From the human T2T-CHM13v2.0 reference genome, Homo sapiens: a stretch of DNA of 64,000 bases. Of the stretch, positions 57,501 through 64,000 are shown in pieces. The notes under the pieces were generated by a model. It did no database searches. It worked only from the letters and a program-made list of their open reading frames with translations, and had not been told where the DNA came from. The stretch lies in assembly GCF_009914755.1 (NCBI RefSeq), contig NC_060925.1; one strand, given 5' to 3'. The first letter of the stretch is position 1, and every line of letters starts with the position of its first letter. A program made the translations under genes and the position numbers.

Positions 57501-59680
57501 GAAGGGATCACCTCATCACAATGACACTGAAGTGAAAAAAGCAGAGTTCAGTAGGGAAGAAGTATAAAAACTAGACTGTATCTCCAGAACCCAAGAGTAA
57601 AAGGGTACTGGCAAGAATCTACCCACACCACTTCCAGAAGAGCCCCTCAAAGACCAATTCTCCCCACCTCTCCCTTGGGAACCTGCCACCTTCTCAGTCC
57701 AGGCGTGGGCTGTAGGGCTCCACATGGCAGGCTGGGAGAAAGAAGCCTACGCTACTGACATTCCCAGCATTCCTGAGCCACGGTGCCAAATGCAGCCTGA
57801 CCAGACTCCCTCTCTGCCCAAACCAAGGGGGCTAGTTTAGGCCAAGTCTCCTTTATAGCCATGGGGAGTCTGGCTGAGGACCCCCTAAATTTAACTTCCT
57901 GCCAGGGACAAACGCAGTAAATGGCCTCTGGCAACAGAAAGAGCAGCTGGATAGGGGCAAACCTACCCTTAAGGAATTAGAAGCTTAATTCAGGAACAAA
58001 ATTAACTCGAGGTTCCCACACAAGCCAGGGAAACCTTATCCACCTCTACTGGGTATCTTAGCATTGCCATGACTCTAATCCTCAATGCTGGAGGAAAAAT
58101 AATTATCAAAGATGCCCAAGTCTTCACTTAACTAAGCCACTCCTAGTCCTTCAATTTTAACTTTCTAGCAGGAAAAAAGAAAGGAAATGAAAAGAGAAAT
58201 GGGACATATGAGTTTTGGTGGGGCACCAATCAATCCAAACTGAGGCTTTACCTCACCAAATCTTAACTTGGTTTGATTGAGAAAACGGACAGAAAACACC
58301 AGTAAGTTGAATTCAGGCCCCCAAGTAGCAGAGAATTCACAACTCTGCCTTTCCCCAGGCTACTCCGATTAGGTCTGCCTGCCTGGATAAAGTACTGTCT
58401 GCTAGCATTTCAGCTACTGCTCCGGTAGAGAGAATACCATCACAGCAGGTAACATCAACCAATATAAGTGCTATAGCATGCAGTACCAGACATTCCCAAA
58501 TTAGCAGAAGCCAATTCTCTGTTCAAGGGATGTCTGAGGGTAGACCAGGCAGGAGACATGTAAGGTGTATGCCTAGGATGGAATGACGCTCACAGGGGAG
58601 AAATGCAACTGTTACTGCTTAGAATAAATGGGGGTAGCCCTCGCACATCACATCACTATCATTACCAGGAAAAGCAACAACCCAGGGCAAATGGACATAT
58701 CCATAGGGAACAGGCAGGGGAGTGGCAGAACTGCTACCAGCTGAGGCAAAAAGAGGAGAGTTAGAGGTTACACCAGAAAAAGAATCCAAAGGAGAGAAGG
58801 AAGAGGAGTCAATGAATTGCAAACTATCACTTGGTGAAGTTGAGAGAGCAAGAGGGTCTGCATGAGGGATGCCTAGGCGGGGATCCCACAGGTGGCAACC
58901 TCCTAAGTCAGAGGTACTACTGAGAAGGGGGCATCGCTGAAATGTGCAGTGAGTTTCAGGCCAGGTCTTTGCAGTTAGGGTCAGTGCCGAGGCCTAAAAC
59001 CTTGAAATAAGAGTAAGGGGAAGAAAGACGCATTCCTAGGTGGCAAGGTAAAGTTGTGGAGGAGTAGCCAAAAAGAGCCAAAATCATGAACCTTGGGATG
59101 TGGGTGGGTTCGTGGAAACGGGTAGTCTAGGCGCCATATGTCGGGGTGTCCCTTGCTATTGGGGTCAATGGTAGAGATTCTGGGTGCACTGCATAACCTC
59201 AAGCAGCAGAAACAAATGTAACCTGGAGAGAAAGAACTGAGCCCTGAGAGGGGCTTCGGCCTCCCAGGTCCTTCGAGAGCAAAAAGCTGGATGGAGTGAT
59301 CCTGGGTCCCTGACAAGGGGCCCCCACAGAGGCGCACGCGAGGGGGTCCTCACCGTGATGTTGCAGTGGATGCGGACAGGATCCCCAGGCACCGACCCCC
59401 GTGGGGGGAGATGCGGTCCGGGCGCGGCCCCCGCCCCGGCCCCTCCGGCCCCAGCCAGCAGGAACTCGCAGCTCAGCTCGTCCAGGCAGGCGCTGGCAAT
59501 GCGGAAGCGCTCGTGGCCGCGGTGGAAGATGGACTCGAGCAGCTTCAGCTCTCGCCTCAGGCAGGGCCCCGGCCCCGGGCCCCCCCCTGGGCCGCCCCCG
59601 GCCCCCGGCGCCGCCCCCTGGCCCCCCAGCTGCTGCCCCGGCCCCGGCTGCTGCTGCCCCTGCGGCTGCGGCTGCTGCAT
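51565..59680 (-). CDS. UBE2Q1: Ubiquitin-conjugating enzyme E2 Q1 (RWD-like N-terminus + UBC domain), 422 aa, 13 coding exons
   Basis: The 13 exons below join to 1269 nt, all GT-AG and in frame; [15 protein letters not shown]...[10 protein letters not shown]...WYTPPKEDG*. Confidence 0.97.
52065..52131 (-). CDS. UBE2Q1: UBE2Q1 exon 12
   Basis: [22 protein letters not shown]; cag/gtgagg. Confidence 0.95.
52524..52619 (-). CDS. UBE2Q1: UBE2Q1 exon 11
   Basis: [32 protein letters not shown]; cag/gtaagg. Confidence 0.96.
52898..52946 (-). CDS. UBE2Q1: UBE2Q1 exon 10 (catalytic Cys351, codon 52919-52921)
   Basis: [16 protein letters not shown]; cag/gtgagc. Confidence 0.96.
53048..53106 (-). CDS. 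UBE2Q1: UBE2Q1 exon 9
   Basis: [19 protein letters not shown]; cag/gtgagt. Confidence 0.95.
53220..53310 (-). CDS. UBE2Q1: UBE2Q1 exon 8
   Basis: [30 protein letters not shown]; tag/gtaaga. Confidence 0.95.
53531..53591 (-). CDS. UBE2Q1: UBE2Q1 exon 7
   Basis: [19 protein letters not shown]; cag/gtgagt. Confidence 0.95.
53863..53947 (-). CDS. UBE2Q1: UBE2Q1 exon 6
   Basis: [28 protein letters not shown]; cag/gtgagt. Confidence 0.95.
54159..54299 (-). CDS. UBE2Q1: UBE2Q1 exon 5
   Basis: [14 protein letters not shown]...NQRQDYLN; cag/gtacgt. Confidence 0.95.
54700..56150 (+). ncRNA. UBE2Q1-AS1: Candidate antisense lncRNA to UBE2Q1 (probably the annotated UBE2Q1-AS1); boundaries approximate
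   Basis: Recalled annotation in this region. The + strand has donor CAG|GTATGC at 54800, a strong pyrimidine-tract acceptor at 55776 and AATAAA at 56123-56128; it would overlap UBE2Q1 exon 4 antisense. Confidence 0.45.
55862..55912 (-). CDS. UBE2Q1: UBE2Q1 exon 4 (acidic linker)
   Basis: [17 protein letters not shown]; cag/gtaggc. Confidence 0.94.
56555..56659 (-). CDS. UBE2Q1: UBE2Q1 exon 3
   Basis: [35 protein letters not shown]; tag/gtgagc. Confidence 0.95.
56987..57091 (-). CDS. UBE2Q1: UBE2Q1 exon 2
   Basis: [35 protein letters not shown]; cag/gtgagg. Confidence 0.96.
59354..59680 (-). CDS. UBE2Q1: UBE2Q1 coding exon 1
   Basis: ATG at 59680; ...RIHCNIT|gtgagg. Confidence 0.96.
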
Positions 59681-59741
59681 CCTCCGCTCCGCTCCGCTCC
59701 GGGGCCGGCGGGCCGGGAGCCTCCGGCCTGCGCTCCGGGCT

Positions 59742-59771
<30 letters not shown>
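59742..59771 (-). repeat. (CGG)10 trinucleotide repeat in the UBE2Q1 leader
   Basis: Ten uninterrupted CCG on +, 61 nt upstream of the ATG. Confidence 0.95.
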
Positions 59772-59772
<1 letters not shown>

Positions 59773-61225
59773 GGTCCGCACTTCCTGATCCCCCCTTCGC
59801 CAAGATGGCGCCGCCGCCACCTCCGGGACAGGCCCCCCCCTCCGCTCGCTGGCCCCCCCAGCCGCCGGAAGCCGCGCGCCCCTCCTCCTCCTCCTCCTCC
59901 TAGGCGGCCCCGCCTCCGTCCCCCTCACGTGACTTCCCTGCTCTGGCCTCCTCCACGTGATCTCTCCGTCTTTCCCGCCCCCCTGTTCTCGCCTGCCACC
60001 CTCCACATGTGACCCGGGGCCTGGGGCTTGCCTCTGTGGGCGCCTCAGTGCGAGTTTGCGTATGTCGTGCGTGCTTGCGCGCGACGCCCCTTCGCCTGCG
60101 CTCCCCTCTCACGTGACTCGGTGCCGCGTGCTCCCAGGGGCTACCCGCGCAGGACGCTGTTTCCTGCCCCGGGCGCCGCTTCCCCCGCCCCCGAGCCGTG
60201 GCGAGCGTGCCCGGCACTCCATGGACAGAGAAGAAAGAAGTGCTGTCTTCCCCGTGCAGTCTTTATCCTGCTCCCACATGCTGGTCTTCGGCGCAGGATC
60301 CTGGAGCCTCTGCTCCCCGTGGGGGTGGGCATGCTGTGTCTTCACACTCGGGTGGGTGGTCGGGGTAGGAGCCGGGAACCGGAATGGAAGAGGCGTGGAT
60401 TCTCGTCCCAGCCCTGGCTCTCATGGCGTTTTGTGACCTTGGGTTAACCACTTTCCCGCCGAGTCTCAGTTTCCTCATCTGTACAATGGCTCTCATGAGA
60501 ATGATGCCTGTTTTTCCTATTCCCAGGGAGGGATTCGATGCGAGGACACCATAAAATAAGGAATGATAATAGATCACTGCTGTGTTATGTACAAGTGTTA
60601 GTTAATATCAGGCCTTTCGCGCTTTTCAGACCCCATGGGTCTGGACGAGGTTGGGGGAAGGACAGCATGGGCTTCCTCCACGGAGTCATGGAAGGAGTGC
60701 TGACTCGGGTGGTCCCCATTCCCTTTCCTAGGCCTAAATGGCTAACACCTTGTCGCAGTGGTCTTGGCAGCTGCCAGGAGTAGGTAGTGCCTCCGGACCC
60801 TCGCTAGGTGGCACTATCACAAAGGACAAAGCTGGTTGAAGCTACAGAAATCCCGAGCTGGCGTTCGTTTTGCCAAGGGCAAGTGTTATTAGCCTGTGGT
60901 AAGGCCTAGTCAATTCTGCTGGGCCAACTCAGCCCTTAAACCACTGGTCAGATTGCCCCGTTTCTCTCCCACTTGTACTAAAATGAGCTAGCCTTTGCTG
61001 GAAGACTATTCAATTGCCTCTGCAGAGGCCTCCTTTGGTCAAGTTGGGGTATGGGTATTTAAAGACGATTATAGTCTGTTCCTGGTCTTCGTGGGGCCAT
61101 TTATCTGGTTTAGGTAGCCTGAACAGTTTGCTACATGTTGACTTTGTGTCTGTGTGTGCAAGCTGATAGCATAAAAGGCTGTGGTGGGAATTCCTGTTAA
61201 TTATTTCCTGAGCGAAGGTGTTTTG

Positions 61226-61228
<3 letters not shown>

Positions 61229-61268
<40 letters not shown>
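61229..61268. repeat. (AT)~20 microsatellite at the tail of an antisense Alu (61270-61557)
   Basis: Direct reading of the sequence. Confidence 0.92.
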
Positions 61269-61272
<4 letters not shown>

Positions 61273-62104
61273 TTATTTATTTTAAGACAGGGTCTTGCTC
61301 TCTCGCCCTGGAGTGCAGGGGCACAATCTCAGCTCACTGCAGCCTCGGGAGACCTCAAGCTATCCTCCCACCTCAGCCTCCCAAGTAGCTGGGATTACAG
61401 GCGCATGCTACCACAGCTGGGTAATTTTCGTATTTTTTTTGTAGAAAGGGGTCTTGGTATGTTGCCCAGACTGGTCTCAAACTCCTGGGCTCAAGTGATC
61501 TGCCCATCTCGGCCTCCCAAGGTGCTGGGATTGCAGGTGTGAGCCACTGTGCCCAGGTGCAAATATTTGTAAATCTCCCAACAACATTGCAAGGTAAGTA
61601 TTTTTACCCCTGTTTACAACTGGGGAAAAGGAGTGACTCTGTAAGGATATACAGTCTGTAAACAGAGTTCCTAGGCCTGTCTCCAAAGTCCATGCCCTTG
61701 TACCCTACTCTGCCTTTTTTAGTGTGTTGAACCCCAGCTCTGCCAACTACTAATGATGTGACTGTGGGGAAATTACTTAGCTTGTTTGTGCCTTAGTTTT
61801 CACACCTGTAAAATGGAGATCATAATAGTACTTACTTGTTAGGAGGATTATGTAAGAACACACGTAAAGTGCATAAAATAGTGCCCATGGTAAGAACTCA
61901 AACATTTTTTTAAAAATTGGGGCTCAGCAAGGCTTGTGTCTAGTGAAAGGAGAGAAGGGTAGGAGATGAGTCCAGTGAAGAAAGCAGGGGCTAGATTATG
62001 GAGACCACAGTACATTGTTTGGGTTTTATTTAAAGCACAGTGGGAAACTCCTGGAGGATTTTAAGCAGGGAGTGGCATGAGCTGATTTAAAAATTTAAAA
62101 GATC

Positions 62105-62577
<473 letters not shown>

Positions 62578-62982
62578 TTAGTCTTTGCAGGAATTGTAGA
62601 GGGCACTGGGGATGCAGAGATAAAGAAGATAATGGTCCCTGTGAGAACGTGATTTGTGGTACAGAGGAGAGGCTTCTTACCGGACAGTTCCTACTTATTA
62701 GTTTTGTTGTATTCTTGCTCCAGCCCTTAGGAGCACACAGTGATGGATGAAGTGGAGCCAAATCTCACCAACAGTAATACAATACGATGAACACAATAAT
62801 AGGGATCAAGAAGGGGAACGGCCTTGAAGGGTGATATTATTAATAGGATTAACTCCAAAAAAAAATGTGAAAGTAAGAGTTTCTTAGGTGGAATGGGAGA
62901 ACATTCTGAAAGAACTGGGCCCTAAAGTAGAAGGAGGTTGGGAAGAAAGGTCTAAAACAAAGAAAGAATGACTTAAGAAGGG

Positions 62983-63272
62983 GGCTGGTGCAGTGGCTCA
63001 CGCCTGTAATCCCAGCACTGTGGGAGGCGGCCAAGGCAGGCAGATAACATGAGGTCAGGAGTTTGAGACCAGCCTGGCCAACATGGTGAAACCCTGTATC
63101 TACTAAAAATACAAAAATTAGCCGTGCGTGGTGGCGGGCGCCTATAGTCTCAGCTACCCAGGAGCCTGAGGCTCGAAAAATGCTTGAACCCAGGAGGCGG
63201 AAGTTGCAGCGAGCCAAGATGGTGCCACTGCAGACCAGCCTGGGTGACAGTGAGACTCTCACTCAAATAAAA
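62983..63272 (+). mobile_element. Alu (AluS-like)
   Basis: Alu consensus match. Confidence 0.9.
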
Positions 63273-63691
63273 GGAAGGGAAAGAGACAAGGAGGGAGCTC
63301 AGCATAGGCAAGAGTTGTAGAGGTGTTGGTCGTTGGGGCTATTGCCTGAGATCCCAGGGTAACCCTGATAGCCTGGTAGTATCAATGCTTCTGAAAGTCA
63401 GTTTAGCAATTAATATTCAAAACACGTTAAAACTTTAACCCAGCAATTACACTTGGAAAGAAAAGGTACGTGCACAAATTTGCCTAAAAGGGAAAACTGT
63501 AGCTGTGAAAAATAGTTATCAAAAATACTTATTGGTATGGAGAGTTGTTTGAGAAATAGTAAATGAAAAAAGATTAGACTGAAGTGAGCTGAAGATTTAA
63601 AAAAGAAAGGTGGTTACAAAGCTATGTTACAGTGTGCTCCATTAAAAAAAAAATATGCGATTTAGTTATGTACCCAACAGAAATGCATATA

Positions 63692-64000
63692 CAGTCATGT
63701 GTCAGTTAATGGTGGGATACATTCTGAGAAATGTGTCTCAGTGGTTTTTTTGTTGTGTGAACATCATAGTGTACTTACACAAACCTAGATGGTGTAGCCT
63801 ACTACACACCTAGCCTATAGGGTCTAGACTATGGCTCCTAGGCTACAAACCTGTACTGCATGTTATACTGTAGTGAATACAGTTGCTGCATTCCCCGTGC
63901 CCACTAGAATTCCTGCAATTACTGTAGGCAGTTGAAACCCAATAATATGTATTCATGTATCTATCTAAACACAGGAAAGGTACAGCAAAAATACAGTGTT
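63692..64000. mobile_element. Tigger3/Golem-like DNA transposon (runs off the window)
   Basis: TA|CAGTCATG...ttctgagaaatg...cttacacaaacctagatggtgtagcctactacacacctag...ggctacaaacctgtac. Confidence 0.8.

Larger units (their letters stand above)
59300..60420. promoter_or_regulatory. UBE2Q1 CpG-island promoter
   Basis: CpG dense; YY1 motif CAAGATGGCG 59801-59810, ETS motif CACTTCCTG 59779-59787, GC boxes, E-boxes at ~59926, ~59954 and ~60110. Confidence 0.9.

Noticed and set aside
59355-60447. Plus-strand ORFs of 139-203 aa over UBE2Q1 exon 1 and promoter
   Set aside because: Shadow ORFs of a CpG island and of the real coding exon.

Overview
Human (primate) genomic DNA that I recognise as the 1q21.3 SHE - TDRD10 - UBE2Q1 locus. 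The window holds the first two coding exons of SHE (minus strand), which shares a CpG-island bidirectional promoter (~2.7-4.4 kb) with TDRD10. TDRD10 (plus strand, RRM + Tudor) is complete: exons rebuilt from GT-AG junctions give 366-aa and 351-aa isoforms, and its ATG is split across an intron. UBE2Q1 (minus strand, 13 coding exons, 422 aa, catalytic Cys351) is also complete and lies tail-to-tail with TDRD10, with its own CpG-island promoter at ~59.3-60.4 kb. TDRD10 introns are packed with Alus, L1M/L2/MIR fragments, an MLT1, a solo LTR12 and DNA-transposon relics (MER5, MER58, MADE1); a Tigger3-like element lies upstream of UBE2Q1. I found no prokaryotic-type system (CRISPR, operon) and no new gene. 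The best leads are: a (CGG)10 tract in the UBE2Q1 leader that reads as poly-Gly in frame with the CDS behind a near-cognate TTG; a stop-free in-frame leader in TDRD10; a nested MER58/L1M/LTR12/MADE1 structure; and template-switch-like hairpins in SHE intron 1. Gene names and repeat families come from recognition, not database searches, and repeat boundaries are approximate.
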